Shown here one piece after another: positions 42,153 through 52,933 of a stretch of 64,000 bases of DNA (position 1 is the first letter of the stretch; each line of letters opens with the position of its first letter). The position numbers and the translations under genes are program-made. The stretch spans positions 64,001 through 128,000 of the forward strand of contig CAWHCF010000034.1 of assembly GCA_963827655.1 (NCBI GenBank), in the 5' to 3' direction. The notes under the pieces are model-generated. The model was not told where the DNA came from and did not search any database. It was given only the letters and a program-made list of their open reading frames with translations. The stretch is from an uncultured Acidobacteriota bacterium. Its GTDB lineage: Bacteria; Acidobacteriota; UBA6911.

Positions 42153-45100
42153 CTATAGGCTGCGGGCGTTGTCCTGCGCTCGCCGGTCGAGCATCAAGCC
42201 GTAGGGATCGACCGCGACTCGCCCCGGCCGCGCGGGCACGCGCACGACGACGCGTTGCGGGCCGGACGTAAGCCAGTGCTTCTCGAGGTAGATCGGACCG
42301 GCGATCGCTGCTGCGTCTGTCGCGAACACCGCGACGTCGAAAGGTGCCCGCAACGGCACTTCCGTCTCGACGCCGGCGCCGTCGACGTCGAGCTGCCGCG
42401 CAGCGATCTCGATCGTGACCTCGTAGCCGTCGCCCGCGGCGCGCTCTTCCGCGCCCGTGACGGCAACGTCGTACAACGTGATCCGCTCGAACCAGTCCGT
42501 GATCAACGCCTGATGCTCTTCACCGGCCACAGCACGCAGCTCCGCGACGAGCTCGCGCGTCGTCGGATTCGGCGGCGGCCGATTGCCGTACTTCTCGATG
42601 AAGCGCTTGAGCGCGAGGTTCACGCGATCCGCGCCGAGCACATCGCGTAGCGCGTACATCGCGTGCACGCCTTTGGTCCCGGCGATCGCCGTCTCGCTGC
42701 GCATGATCGGCAACTCCTCGATGCGCTGGCGGCTGCGCGTGTCGAGGTACTGGCCTCCCAACGCTGCGACGTCGGGATAAACGGCCGCTCTGCCCTCGAC
42801 GTGCTCGCTCAACATGAGCGCCGAGTAGCTCGAGAGCGTCTCGTTCAGCACGAACATGCCTTGCAGGACTTGGCTGCGGACCTGCCCGCCCCACCACATG
42901 TGCCCGAGCTCGTGCGCGGTCACGAAATCGATTTCGCGGTCGCCGTACTTCGAGAAGAAGCCCGCGCCCTCGTTGAACGCGATGATGCCCAAGCGCGCAT
43001 CTACGACCGTGCTGTAGCGCGGATACTCGAAGATGCGGAACGAGCCGAACACATACGGCCCGAACTCCGCAACGTAGTAATCCAAGCCGCGCTTCACCGT
43101 GTTCATGATCGTCGGGACGGCCCCCGCATGCTTCGGGTCGTAAAAGATCTCGATCGGAATGCCGCGCGCCGAATCGCGCGCCACGTCGTAGCGCGCGGAC
43201 GCGAACGCCAGGCCGACGGGGAACGGGGGCCGATACTCGAAATAGCGCCGCCCGCCTTCGCTCCACTCGCGTTGCAGTGCGCCGGCCGCGACGGCGGTTT
43301 GGTCCGCCGACGTGCTGAGCACGACGCGAACGTCCGCGGCCTCGAGCCGCATACCGGCAGCGCGGCGCGCCTCCGGATCGTCGAGATCCGGCATACGCCC
43401 CGCCGGGGGCAAACCCTCCCGCCCGCGCGCCGCGGGGTCCGTGAGCTCGCGCTCCGGGTCGTAGCGCATGTCCGGCATGACGGTGGGGCCGTCGAGGTAG
43501 GCGCCGTTGGCGGCCACGGCGCCGTTTGCCATCAAGTTCGCAAAGCCGTCGTTGCGCCACGAGAAGTCCCACGTCCCCGTGATGCTCGCTCCGACCGCCA
43601 GCGGCTCGGCGAACCGGTAGACGCGCCCGCCCGAGCCCTGCTCGACGATCTCGGCATCACCGAGCTCGAGGGCGTTGACGGTGAGCGCGGGGTTCAGCGT
43701 CACAAGCACTTCTTCGATCGGCCGGTCGGAGTTGTTGACGAGCTGTGCCGTGCCGCGCGACTCGACGCGCCGCTCTTCCGGGAAGAAGTCGATCGCCATA
43801 TCGACGGCGGTGGGGAACGGCGCCGGCAGACCCGCGTAGCGGCGGAACTTCCTCTCGTACTCGGCCGCGCGCGCCTCGAGGTCGCCGCTGTCCAGGTACT
43901 CGTTCAAGACGTGCGTGTTGTAGAAGATCCAAGCGCCAAGCCCGACGAACGCGACCGCGGCCGCTGCGGCAACCGCCACCGTTGCGCGCGTCACGCGTGA
44001 ACGTGCGTCGGCAACGCGATGCGCGAGCCGGTCGTAGTAGCCGCGCGGCGCGACCAAGTACGCGGCGACTGTCGCAAGCACGAGGAATGCGGACCAATAC
44101 GCCATCAGCGAGGCGTGCCGCACGGCGAAGTGACCGAAGCCGTTCATGTCCGAGTGCGGAACGCTCGGCAGCCGGAACGTGTACAGCAGATCTTGGAACC
44201 CGAACGGCAGCAGCGACAGCGACGCCACGAACGCCGCGAGGAACGCGAGCGTGCCGAGCCAGCGGTTCGGGAAGAGCAGATGGAGGAGCACGGCAGGCAC
44301 GACGAGCAGGTAGTGATTGAAGCCGTACCAGATCAGCCCCTTGAGATAGAGGCCGAGCTCGAAGCGCGTGTAGCCGCTCGCCGCTTGCAGCACGATGAAC
44401 GTGAGAATTCCGGCGCCGAGCAGCAGCGTGAGCGCGACCCACAGCGCGCCGATCTGGCTCAAGACAAAGGTCGCGCTCGAGACGGGCGATGCGTCCGCGA
44501 TCTCCGCGACGCGCGCCTCGCGCGCGCGGTGCGCGAGCAGGCCCGCGTAGTAGGCGATGAAGAGCAGCAGCTGCATTGCGAGGCCGGGATCGAGAAAACC
44601 GATCATGAGACTCGTGAGAGGCTCGCGGGGCCCGATCATGAGAAGCTCCGCGGGCGGCTGAAAGTCGAAATGCTGCGCGCAGCCGAGCACCACGATCGCC
44701 AGGACGAGGAAGAACGGCGGACTGCGCAAGGTCGCGCGCAGATCCATCTTGAGCTGCGACTTAAGCTGCGCGAGCGTGGCGCCTTGACCGAAATGCGGCG
44801 CGACTCGGGCGCCGGACAACGCCGGCGCATGCGTTCCAGCGGACGTGCGAAGGCGCCATAGCCGCGGTGCCGTGCGCTGCACGACGAATCGGTACCGCAC
44901 GAGCGTCGCGACCATCGCCGCGGCCGCGACGCCGAGCCACAACGCTCGGTTCACGAACAGCACGCCGCCCGGCAGGTCGCTCGCGAGCTCGGCGCCCGTC
45001 CAATAGCGCGTGACGTCGACGATCGCGAGCAGACCGAACGGGTCCACCAGCGGGAGCCAGCCGCCGCCGTCCGGATCCAGGTACCCCTGCGCGACGAGCG

Positions 45101-45683
45101 GTATGAGCGGCAGCACGATGGCTACACAAAACGCCGCGGCGATCGACCGCGCAGCGGCCGCGGCGCTGAACGCGAGTGCCGCGACGATGATCGTGTTCGG
45201 CACGGCCACGGCGCCGACCACGAACCACCATGGCGCCGCGGCGAACGCGCCGAGTCGTGCCGGATCGACGCCCGGAGCCGCAAGGGCCACGAGACCGCCG
45301 AGCACGCCCGCGAGCGACGCGAGCAGCGCGAACGCGAGCCCGCCCGCGAACCGGCCGAGCACGTAGCTCGGCTCGCGTATCGGCCGCACGAAGAAGAGCT
45401 CGGCCATCAAGCGCTCGTAGTCGCGCGTGATGGCGGCGGCGACGATCGCGACGGCCGGGAAGATCGCGAACAGGCTCAAGACGAGCTCGTTCTGGATGAT
45501 CGCGACTGCGGCGTTCAGCGGAATCGTCGCCGCGTCCGCATTCGCGCCGATGCCGATGTCGATGCCGAGCTTGCGCGCCGTGAGGAAGTGAATCAGAAAG
45601 AACAGCACAGCCACCGCGATGTACAGCGGCGACTTGACCTGGAACCGGCATTCAAACCGGAAGATCTCGAGAAATGCACGCAT
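42153..45683 (-). CDS. ABC-2-type permease fused to an M1-family (gluzincin) peptidase domain
   Basis: About 12-14 TM helices in the N-terminal half, YSDMNG-like HSDMNGFG, VTAHELGHMWWG...NETL zinc motif. Confidence 0.85.
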   Translation of the reverse strand: MRAFLEIFRFECRFQVKSPLYIAVAVLFFLIHFLTARKLGIDIGIGANADAATIPLNAAVAIIQNELVLSLFAIFPAVAIVAAAITRDYERLMAELFFVRPIREPSYVLGRFAGGLAFALLASLAGVLGGLVALAAPGVDPARLGAFAAAPWWFVVGAVAVPNTIIVAALAFSAAAAARSIAAAFCVAIVLPLIPLVAQGYLDPDGGGWLPLVDPFGLLAIVDVTRYWTGAELASDLPGGVLFVNRALWLGVAAAAMVATLVRYRFVVQRTAPRLWRLRTSAGTHAPALSGARVAPHFGQGATLAQLKSQLKMDLRATLRSPPFFLVLAIVVLGCAQHFDFQPPAELLMIGPREPLTSLMIGFLDPGLAMQLLLFIAYYAGLLAHRAREARVAEIADASPVSSATFVLSQIGALWVALTLLLGAGILTFIVLQAASGYTRFELGLYLKGLIWYGFNHYLLVVPAVLLHLLFPNRWLGTLAFLAAFVASLSLLPFGFQDLLYTFRLPSVPHSDMNGFGHFAVRHASLMAYWSAFLVLATVAAYLVAPRGYYDRLAHRVADARSRVTRATVAVAAAAAVAFVGLGAWIFYNTHVLNEYLDSGDLEARAAEYERKFRRYAGLPAPFPTAVDMAIDFFPEERRVESRGTAQLVNNSDRPIEEVLVTLNPALTVNALELGDAEIVEQGSGGRVYRFAEPLAVGASITGTWDFSWRNDGFANLMANGAVAANGAYLDGPTVMPDMRYDPERELTDPAARGREGLPPAGRMPDLDDPEARRAAGMRLEAADVRVVLSTSADQTAVAAGALQREWSEGGRRYFEYRPPFPVGLAFASARYDVARDSARGIPIEIFYDPKHAGAVPTIMNTVKRGLDYYVAEFGPYVFGSFRIFEYPRYSTVVDARLGIIAFNEGAGFFSKYGDREIDFVTAHELGHMWWGGQVRSQVLQGMFVLNETLSSYSALMLSEHVEGRAAVYPDVAALGGQYLDTRSRQRIEELPIMRSETAIAGTKGVHAMYALRDVLGADRVNLALKRFIEKYGNRPPPNPTTRELVAELRAVAGEEHQALITDWFERITLYDVAVTGAEERAAGDGYEVTIEIAARQLDVDGAGVETEVPLRAPFDVAVFATDAAAIAGPIYLEKHWLTSGPQRVVVRVPARPGRVAVDPYGLMLDRRAQDNARSL

Positions 45684-45689
45684 CGTCAG

Positions 45690-46577
45690 TTACTCCGCAG
45701 TCGTGTCGATGCCGTGCTCGAGCAGCGTCGCGAAGTAGACGTCTTCGAGCGTCGGTGCAGCGCCCTGCATGCCCGCAGGAGCCGAGTCCGCGAGCACGCG
45801 CGCTTCCGTGCGCCCAGCCACGATGCGTGTCGAAATGACTTTCAGCGTCGCACGCAAGCGCTCCGCTTCGGCCTTGTCGACGGCCGTCGACCAGAGCCTC
45901 CCGTCGAGCTCGGCCGTGAGCGCGCGCGGCTCGCCGACGCGCAAGATCTTGCCGGCCGCCATGATCGCGACGCGCGGGCACAGCGCCGAGACGTCGTCGA
46001 CGATGTGTGTCGACAGGATCACGACGACGTCCTCGCCGACCTCGGACAACAAATTCTGGAAGCGCCGCCGCTCGACGGGGTCGAGGCCGGCCGTCGGCTC
46101 GTCGACGATGAGCAGGCTCGGGTTGCCAATCAGCGCCTGCGCGACGCCGAAGCGCTGGCGCATGCCGCCCGAGAACTTGTCGATGCTGCGTTTACGTACG
46201 TCCCAGAGGTTCGTGCGCACGAGCGCGTCGCGGACCACCGCTTTGCGCTCCGCGCCGTGAATGCCCTTGAGCGCCGCGAAGTGCCCGAGCATCACTTCCG
46301 GCGACGTGCGCGGATACGCGCCGAATTCCTGCGGCAGGTAGCCCAAGCGCTTGCGCAGCTCCATCTTCGCGCCGAGCACGTCGAACCCGTCGAACGTGAT
46401 GGCGCCGCTGTCGGGATCTTGCAGCGTCGCGATCGTGCGCATCAGCGTCGACTTGCCCGCGCCATTCGGGCCGAGCAGGCCGAACATGCCTTTCGGTATG
46501 TCGAGGCTCACGGCGTCGAGCGCACGCACGCCGCCCGAATAGGTTTTGGACAGGTTTGAAATGCTCAGCATGGGCAA
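45690..46577 (-). CDS. ABC transporter ATP-binding protein
   Basis: GPNGAGKST, FSGGMRQR, IVDEPTAGLDP, ILSTH. Confidence 0.95.
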   Translation of the reverse strand: MPMLSISNLSKTYSGGVRALDAVSLDIPKGMFGLLGPNGAGKSTLMRTIATLQDPDSGAITFDGFDVLGAKMELRKRLGYLPQEFGAYPRTSPEVMLGHFAALKGIHGAERKAVVRDALVRTNLWDVRKRSIDKFSGGMRQRFGVAQALIGNPSLLIVDEPTAGLDPVERRRFQNLLSEVGEDVVVILSTHIVDDVSALCPRVAIMAAGKILRVGEPRALTAELDGRLWSTAVDKAEAERLRATLKVISTRIVAGRTEARVLADSAPAGMQGAAPTLEDVYFATLLEHGIDTTAE

Positions 46578-46587
46578 CCTCTTGTTG

Positions 46588-47669
46588 TCATTCGACGGCC
46601 CAATCCGCGAGACGTAGTTGCGGCACGATCAGGCGGGACGTGAAGTGCTCGCGCGGCCGGAAGGGCACGTACCGCACGAGCCAGTCTTCGCGCCGCGCGT
46701 CGTCGGGCAACGGCACGTCGATCTCGAAGCTCTCGAACAGCCGAAAGCCGAGCTGGAAGCGGGAGTAGTCCGGCTGGCAAATCAAGCGCTCGCCGACGCG
46801 CGCGTCGCCCGCGCGCTTCTCGGCACTCACGCTGTAGCAGGACGGTCGATGCAGCGTGAGGCAGCGCATCCGCACGCCGTCGCGGTTGCGCAGCGGTTCC
46901 GTGGTGCACCGATCGTTGCTCGCAAAGCGCGCCTCGCCGCCGTCCGCAGGCAGGGAGAGCTCGCCGTCCATCTCGAGGGCCGTGAGCGAGTAATCGACCT
47001 CGAGCCGCAGCGCTTCGTCGCGATGCCGGTCGAATACATCCGACGGGACGAAGAGAATCTGCACCTCTTCCGTCTCCGCGTGCACTTCGAGCGCGTCGCC
47101 CGTGCCGCGATACACGACGCGGCCGCCGGCGTCGACGAGGCGCGCCTCGACCCGGTCGGCCCAGAGCACATCGCCGTCATGACTCCGCGTGATCTTGAGC
47201 GGCAGTGCGAGCGTCGTGCCTTGCGTCTGCCGGGACAACCACACCCCGAGCTCGCCGTTGCTAGCCTGGCCGGCGAGACTGGCGCGCGCCCTGAAGATTT
47301 CGGCCTGCGCGGGGCTCAGCATGTCCGGCGCAGTGACGTGCCCGCGCGCGAGGTCGAGCTCGAGCGCGACGTCCGCCGGGACGGCCGGTGTACCGGTCGA
47401 TCGTTGTTGCAGCCCGTGCGCAAAACCCCATGGCAGCTGCCCGACCGCTGCGTAGGCAACCGTCGCGACGAGGACGGCCGCACGCGCCGAGCGCGTAGCA
47501 CCGCGCCTGAAGTACTGCAGGCCGATCACTGCGAGCGCGCCTATTACCACGACGGAGATTCGGCCGAGCATCGTGATCCACGCGATGCCCGTGCCGCACG
47601 TGGCGCACGGAATTCCCGCAAGCCCGAAGAACAAGAGCGCGGCAGCTTCCGCCACGATAGAAACGATGA
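46588..47669 (-). pseudogene. 5'-truncated membrane-anchored hypothetical protein
   Basis: The frame is open up to and through the repeat junction with no native start; begins within TM segments. Confidence 0.6.
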
Positions 47670-47944
47670 GTGGATAAGAGAAACAAGCGTCATTTTCAGC
47701 TCGAGTCGGGGCAACTCAGGTTCTGAGAACGGGCTTTATGTTAACTTTGCGCGATGTTCCTCGGTCCTGGATGAGTCCGACTCTGCGGATTATACGCCAG
47801 GTGCATTGGAAGCGCGAAGAACCTAGCCGTGAAATCGTGAGATTTTGCGGAAGAATCCTACCGCGAGGGAGTGCCCTAATGCCCCATTAATACCTCCAGT
47901 CGGCTTCCTCTACCGCAGGAGAGATTGGCGGAGCGCGGGAAGGC
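47670..47944 (-). mobile_element. Repeat unit copy 3 (275 bp)
   Basis: Identical to 34860-35134; followed by a 15-bp tandem duplication of its end. Confidence 0.8.
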
Positions 47945-48096
47945 CGGAGCGCGGGAAGGGCCTTTCTGTAGACGTAGTGGCTGTAGTGAACCAGCGGTAT
48001 CAGATGTTCCTACGATCAATACACCGTCGTCGAACACGTGACCAGGCTGTCGCCCAATCATTGAGTACCTGTTCCATACCAGAAGTTGCCATGACA

Positions 48097-49026
48097 TTAC
48101 CGGATTTGTTGTTTTGCTAAAAAGCTCTGGATCAATTGGGCGATGTGGTCGTCTTCTTCTTCAAGCGCAAAGTGTCCGGTGTCGAGCAGGTGAAACTCAA
48201 TATTCTTCAAATCGCGCTTGTACGGTTCCGCGCCTTCCGCAGGAAAAATGTGGTCGTTTTTGCCCCACACAATCAGCGTTGGCGGCTGGTGTTTGCGGAA
48301 ATACGCCTGCCACTTCGGGTACAGCGCTGGGTTCGAGCCGTAATCAAGAAACAGCTTGAGTTGGATCTCCTGATTACCGGGACGGTCAAGCAGGGCTTGG
48401 TCAAGTGTCCATGTGTCGGGTGAAATGCGGTTCGGATTGCGCGTGCCGTGCGTGTACTGCCACTTCGTCGCCTCGACTTTCAAGAAATCGCGCAGTTTAT
48501 TGGCGTTTTCCTCGGTCGAATTTTCCCAGTAGTTTTTGAGCGGATTCCAAAAACCGCGCAAACCTTCCTCATAAGCGTTGCCATTTTGCACAATCAACGC
48601 CTGTACCCGTTCGGGATATTTCACCGCGAGGCGATAACCGACAGGTGCGCCGTAGTCCTGTACATAGAGGCTATATTTTTTCAGTCCCTTGGCGATGGTA
48701 AATTTTTCAATGACGTCCGCCAAATGGTCGAACGTGTAGCTAAACTCGCCCACACTCGGCGCGGAACTGTAACCGAAACCCGGATAGTCCGGCGTGACGA
48801 CGTGATACTTGTCCGCCAAAAGCGGAATCAGATTGCGAAACATGTGCGACGAAGTTGGAAAGCCATGCAGCAAAAGAATTGTCGGCTTGTTCGGATCGCC
48901 CGCTTCGCGGTAAAAAATCTCCAGATTGTCAATTTTCAACGTGTTGTAAATCACCTGGTGTTGGTTTGACAACGCAGGCACAGTTTGTGCTCTGGCGGCT
49001 AAACTGTCGTTATTTTTGTCTTTCAT
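48097..49026 (-). CDS. Alpha/beta hydrolase (epoxide hydrolase/dehalogenase-like)
   Basis: [35 protein letters not shown]. Confidence 0.92.
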   Translation of the reverse strand: MKDKNNDSLAARAQTVPALSNQHQVIYNTLKIDNLEIFYREAGDPNKPTILLLHGFPTSSHMFRNLIPLLADKYHVVTPDYPGFGYSSAPSVGEFSYTFDHLADVIEKFTIAKGLKKYSLYVQDYGAPVGYRLAVKYPERVQALIVQNGNAYEEGLRGFWNPLKNYWENSTEENANKLRDFLKVEATKWQYTHGTRNPNRISPDTWTLDQALLDRPGNQEIQLKLFLDYGSNPALYPKWQAYFRKHQPPTLIVWGKNDHIFPAEGAEPYKRDLKNIEFHLLDTGHFALEEEDDHIAQLIQSFLAKQQIR

Positions 49027-49107
49027 TTTCTCATCCTTCTCTTTCTTGTTCTGATTCGGAGCGTTACCCGATCGCGAAACGGCTACGCTGCGCGTGCGGC
49101 CGCCCCC

Positions 49108-49653
49108 TTACGCCGGCACTCCGAGTTGGACTTTCGGAAAGTCAATGTCGGTTTTGGCAATTACGTTGAAGTAGTTAGTGAAGATGTTGAGCGCGACGTT
49201 GGCGATGATTTCGCCGATCTCACCGTCGGAAAAACCGGCGCCCTTCACCGACTGTAAATCCGCGTCCGAAACTTCGCCGCGATTGACGATCACGGTGCGC
49301 GCGAATTTCAAAGCTGCGTCGGTTTTGGCGTCGGCGGCATTCCCGTTGCGCGCCGCCAGAATCGCGTCTTCGCCCAGACCGACCATCTTGCCGATTGCCG
49401 TGTGGGCCGAAGCGCAATAGTCGCAGCCGTTAATCTCCGCCGAGATGAGGGCGATCTGTTCGCGCAAGCGTGCGTTCAGTTTGCCGCCGCCGAGCGCACC
49501 GCTAAATTTCAGGTAGGCTTCCAGAACCGCGGGCGATTGCGCCATCGTTTTCATCATGTTCGGCGTCATGCCGAGCTGGGCTTTGACGGCGTCCAGCAAC
49601 TCCTTCGCTTTCCCGGTTGACTGCTCGTAGCTGACGGGTTGAATTCTGGTCAT
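49108..49653 (-). CDS. Carboxymuconolactone decarboxylase/AhpD family peroxidase-related protein
   Basis: REQIAL...NGCDYCASAH, NIFTNYFN...DIDFP. Confidence 0.92.
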   Translation of the reverse strand: MTRIQPVSYEQSTGKAKELLDAVKAQLGMTPNMMKTMAQSPAVLEAYLKFSGALGGGKLNARLREQIALISAEINGCDYCASAHTAIGKMVGLGEDAILAARNGNAADAKTDAALKFARTVIVNRGEVSDADLQSVKGAGFSDGEIGEIIANVALNIFTNYFNVIAKTDIDFPKVQLGVPA

Positions 49654-49702
49654 CGTTTCCTCCTTAGCTAATTTCGGCGTCTCGCGCCGCGCCTCCCCTT
49701 AG

Positions 49703-49719
49703 TGCACCGCTCGTGCCGA
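49703..49719 (-). promoter_or_regulatory. Sigma54 (-24/-12) promoter for the AhpD-hydrolase operon
   Basis: Minus strand TCGGCACGAGCGGTGCA = GG-N10-GC. Confidence 0.7.
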
Positions 49720-49803
49720 TCAAGCTTAACTTGTTAAATCAATGACACGCAGCAACATAACGAAGAGAGGTATCAGCCGGTCAACTTGAAGAATCGTTAT
49801 CTC

Positions 49804-49838
49804 ACGAAATCTCGTTGCCTATGATCACGAACACTCGT
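49804..49838. promoter_or_regulatory. Two palindromic ACGA-N4-TCGT sites, putative enhancer (UAS)
   Basis: ACGAaatcTCGT (49804) and ACGAacacTCGT (49827), about 100 bp upstream of the sigma54 promoter. Confidence 0.55.
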
Positions 49839-49850
49839 TAAGCTTGTCGC

Positions 49851-50915
49851 ATGACACCTGCCACAGATCATTTCTACGAAGAAGAAGGAGACGAAAGAGA
49901 GCCGGTCGAGGGGTTGATCGGCGAGAGCGCGGCCTGGCGCAAGGTCCTGCAGCAGATCGAGCTTGTCGCTTCCTCCAACGCGACCGTTTTAATTACGGGT
50001 GAATCGGGAACGGGCAAGGAAGTGGTGGCAAAGGCTATTCATGCCAAAGGTGCGCGCCGCCAACGTCCGCTTGTCAAAGTCAACTGTGCGGCAATCGCGC
50101 CAGACCTTTTCGAGTCGGAATTCTTCGGGCACGTAAAGGGCGCGTTTACCGGAGCGCACAAAGACCGTGTTGGCAGATTCGGACTTGCCGACGGCGGGAC
50201 GATCTTTCTCGACGAAGTCGGCGAAATCCCGCTCGCCCTGCAGGGCAAACTGCTGCGCGTTTTGCAGGAAGGACAGTATGAGCGCGTCGGCGAAGACCGC
50301 ACGCGAAAGGTCGATGTGCGCGTGATCGGGGCGACGAATCACGACCTGGGAAAGGAAGTCGAAGCGGGCAGATTCAGGCAGGATCTATTTTACAGGCTGA
50401 CCGTTTTTCCGATTCATGTGGCGCCTCTTCGCGAGCGGTTGGAGGATGTGCCGCTGCTGGCTGAACATTTCATGCGAAAGCTGAATTGGCGCGACCGAAG
50501 TAACCTGCCAGTGCGTTTAAGCGAGGAGAACGTGAGCGCTCTGCTTGATTATCACTATCCAGGGAACGTCCGCGAGCTCCAAAATATCATCGAGCGAGCC
50601 GGCATTCTGACGCATTGTTTCCTGTATAACCTAAGTGTGCAGCAGATTCTCGACGCGATGTTGCTCTCTGAACAGAGGAAACAGCTTGACTTGGCTGTCA
50701 AAGAACCTTTGATCGCCAATGGTCGTTCGCAGAAAAAAATCATGACATATGCGGAAATGAAAGACTTGGAACGTCAAAACTTGATCGGCGCTTTACAGGC
50801 TACGAATTACAAAATTTATGGCGCTGGCGGGGCCGCCGAGCTTCTCGGCGTTAAGCCGACGACGCTCGCCTCGCGCATCAAGGCTTTGCAAATCCCGCTT
50901 CGCCCGAGCACATAA
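49851..50915 (+). CDS. Sigma54-dependent enhancer-binding protein lacking an N-terminal sensor domain
   Basis: [33 protein letters not shown]-terminal HTH GAAELLG. Confidence 0.93.
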   Translation: MTPATDHFYEEEGDEREPVEGLIGESAAWRKVLQQIELVASSNATVLITGESGTGKEVVAKAIHAKGARRQRPLVKVNCAAIAPDLFESEFFGHVKGAFTGAHKDRVGRFGLADGGTIFLDEVGEIPLALQGKLLRVLQEGQYERVGEDRTRKVDVRVIGATNHDLGKEVEAGRFRQDLFYRLTVFPIHVAPLRERLEDVPLLAEHFMRKLNWRDRSNLPVRLSEENVSALLDYHYPGNVRELQNIIERAGILTHCFLYNLSVQQILDAMLLSEQRKQLDLAVKEPLIANGRSQKKIMTYAEMKDLERQNLIGALQATNYKIYGAGGAAELLGVKPTTLASRIKALQIPLRPST

Positions 50916-51099
50916 ACCGGGGTGGCATTGAGCGATTAACACCACTGGCGGCAGAACCCCGCCTTGCACTCGACTCGCCTCCGCTGGCGCCCGGCGAGCG
51001 GGTGGTGGATAAGCCTATCTCAGGCGGAACGAGCGCACAGCGCGGCGTTGGGAAAAAACAGAGGGATTGCCGGTTTACCGGCACGCCCACGCGAAGCGA

Positions 51100-52363
51100 A
51101 GGCTTCTATCTCCGCCAGCTAAATCCGGAAATTATCTCGCTCCATCCTTATCCCCCAGCGGGCGTTACCTCGCTTTTGTGCAAAGAACCGATTTCGTGGT
51201 GAGTGAAATCTATCTCAGCACTCTGCAGCCCGATTTCACACCGGAGGGCGAACCGAAAAGGATCACCTACGAGAACCGGCTGACGACCAGTCCTGTAATG
51301 GGCTGTTGATGGGCGTGAAATCATGTTCCTGTCCGGCGAGCTTGGTGCGGACGCCGCCCTCTATAGCGTATCAATCTCAGGAGTTGGGAAGCCCAACGTG
51401 TTGCCGTTTCTCCGAGAAGGTGCTGCCCTCCTTGCGCTGGCTCGACCTGCCGGGGGTCCGTTCCCGCCCGGGCCGCGACGCCTCGCCTACACGCGCGCGA
51501 TCAAGGATCACAACATATGGCGCACCGACGCATACCGCGCGGACGGTCGGTTCAGTGCGCCACGCCCTTTCATCCCCTCCACGCGCATCGATTTCAATCC
51601 GCAACTGTCACCGGATGGTACGAGAATCGCCTTCGAATCGAGCCGCTCGGGCAGCACGGAGATCTGGGTTGCCAATAGCGACGGTTCAAATCCCATGCAA
51701 GTGACCTATGTCGGTGGTCCGCTGACCTCAGCCGCCCGCTGGTGTCCGGATAGCCAGTGCATCGTCTTTAACTCACGTGCAGGAGGGCAGTCCGACATCT
51801 ACGTCGTCAGCGCCAACGGGGGCAAGCCGCGGCGGTTGACGGATGAGCCCAGTATGGAGGACATGCCAAGCTTTTCGAGAGACGGGCATTGGTTCTATTT
51901 CCAATCAAACCGCAGCGGGAGCAACCAGGTTTGGAAAATGCCTGTGCAGGGAGGCAAGCTAATCCAGGTAACAAACAAAGGAGGGCTCCTTGCAGTGGAG
52001 TCACCCGACCGTAAGTTTGTCTACTATTCGAAGGGTAATGCGCTCGGACCCGCCTCCCTCTGGAGAGTTCCGTTGTCCGGAGCTGGCCCCGGCGGCGATG
52101 AGACTCAAGTTTTGGAATCTCTTGCTGACTGGAGCACATTCTCGGTCGTTCGTGATGGAATTTACTTCATCCCGTACGCAGCGGGTAACCTGAGAACCTC
52201 CATTCAGTTCTTTGGCTTCGCTGACAAGAAGACCAGGCAGGTAACCGCCATTGACAAGCCGGTTGCTGTGGGTCTTGCGGTTTCGCCGAATAGTCGCACC
52301 ATTTTGTACAGTCAGGTTGACTACGAAACTAACGACCTGATGCTCGTTGAGAATTTGCGGTAG
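51100..52363 (+). pseudogene. 5'-truncated, frameshifted PD40/TolB-like beta-propeller (C-terminus of a kinase- or wHTH-TolB-type protein)
   Basis: SPSGRYLAF (ORF 51067) continues into ORF 51323 after a frameshift near 51298; SPDGTRIAFESSRSG; ends DLMLVENLR. Confidence 0.75.
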
Positions 52364-52546
52364 TCCGGCCGCGCCCCGCTAGCATGGTGGCGGCACAGCG
52401 TTGGCAAAGTGTTGCGGCGGCCAGAATGTCTTTCAGTTGATACTGGCCGCTTCGTCTCTTTTCGATTTCTGCGTGTCGACTTGCTCCGATGACAATGGTT
52501 GCCAGACGGCCCACGTGATAGAATGAGCCATTCTAAAGGAGTCCTG

Positions 52547-52933
52547 ATGCCCCCTACGCTCGCGAACGGCAAGGTGTGCTACATCGAGATCCCCGCTGAC
52601 GACATCCAGCGTTCGGCCGACTTCTATGCCAGGGTTTTCGGCTGGCGGATCAGGCAGCGCGGCGACGGTCACACCGCATTCGACGACACGACCGGCGAAG
52701 TGAGCGGCACGTGGGTGGTCGGCAGGCCGGCGTCGTCGGAACCGGGCCTGCTCGTCTACATCATGGTCGACAGCGTGGCCGCGACCATAGACGCCGTAAT
52801 TAGCCACGGAGGCGAACTCGTGCAACCGATTGGCGCGGATGCGCCCGAGGTGACCGCCAGGTTCCTCGACCCCGCTGGAAACGTGATCGGCCTCTACCAG
52901 GAACCCGGCCGTTTGCCCTCTTCCGAGAAGTAA
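52547..52933 (+). CDS. VOC/glyoxalase family protein
   Basis: CYIEIPADD...FYARVFGW...FLDPAGNVIGLYQ; AAGGAG RBS. Confidence 0.92.
   Translation: MPPTLANGKVCYIEIPADDIQRSADFYARVFGWRIRQRGDGHTAFDDTTGEVSGTWVVGRPASSEPGLLVYIMVDSVAATIDAVISHGGELVQPIGADAPEVTARFLDPAGNVIGLYQEPGRLPSSEK

Noticed and set aside
42520-47826. Many long overlapping and antisense ORFs (e.g. 42663-44000, 46618-47826; also 24645-25757)
   Set aside because: Shadow ORFs expected in high-GC coding DNA; low-complexity Arg/Ala-rich translations with no motifs.
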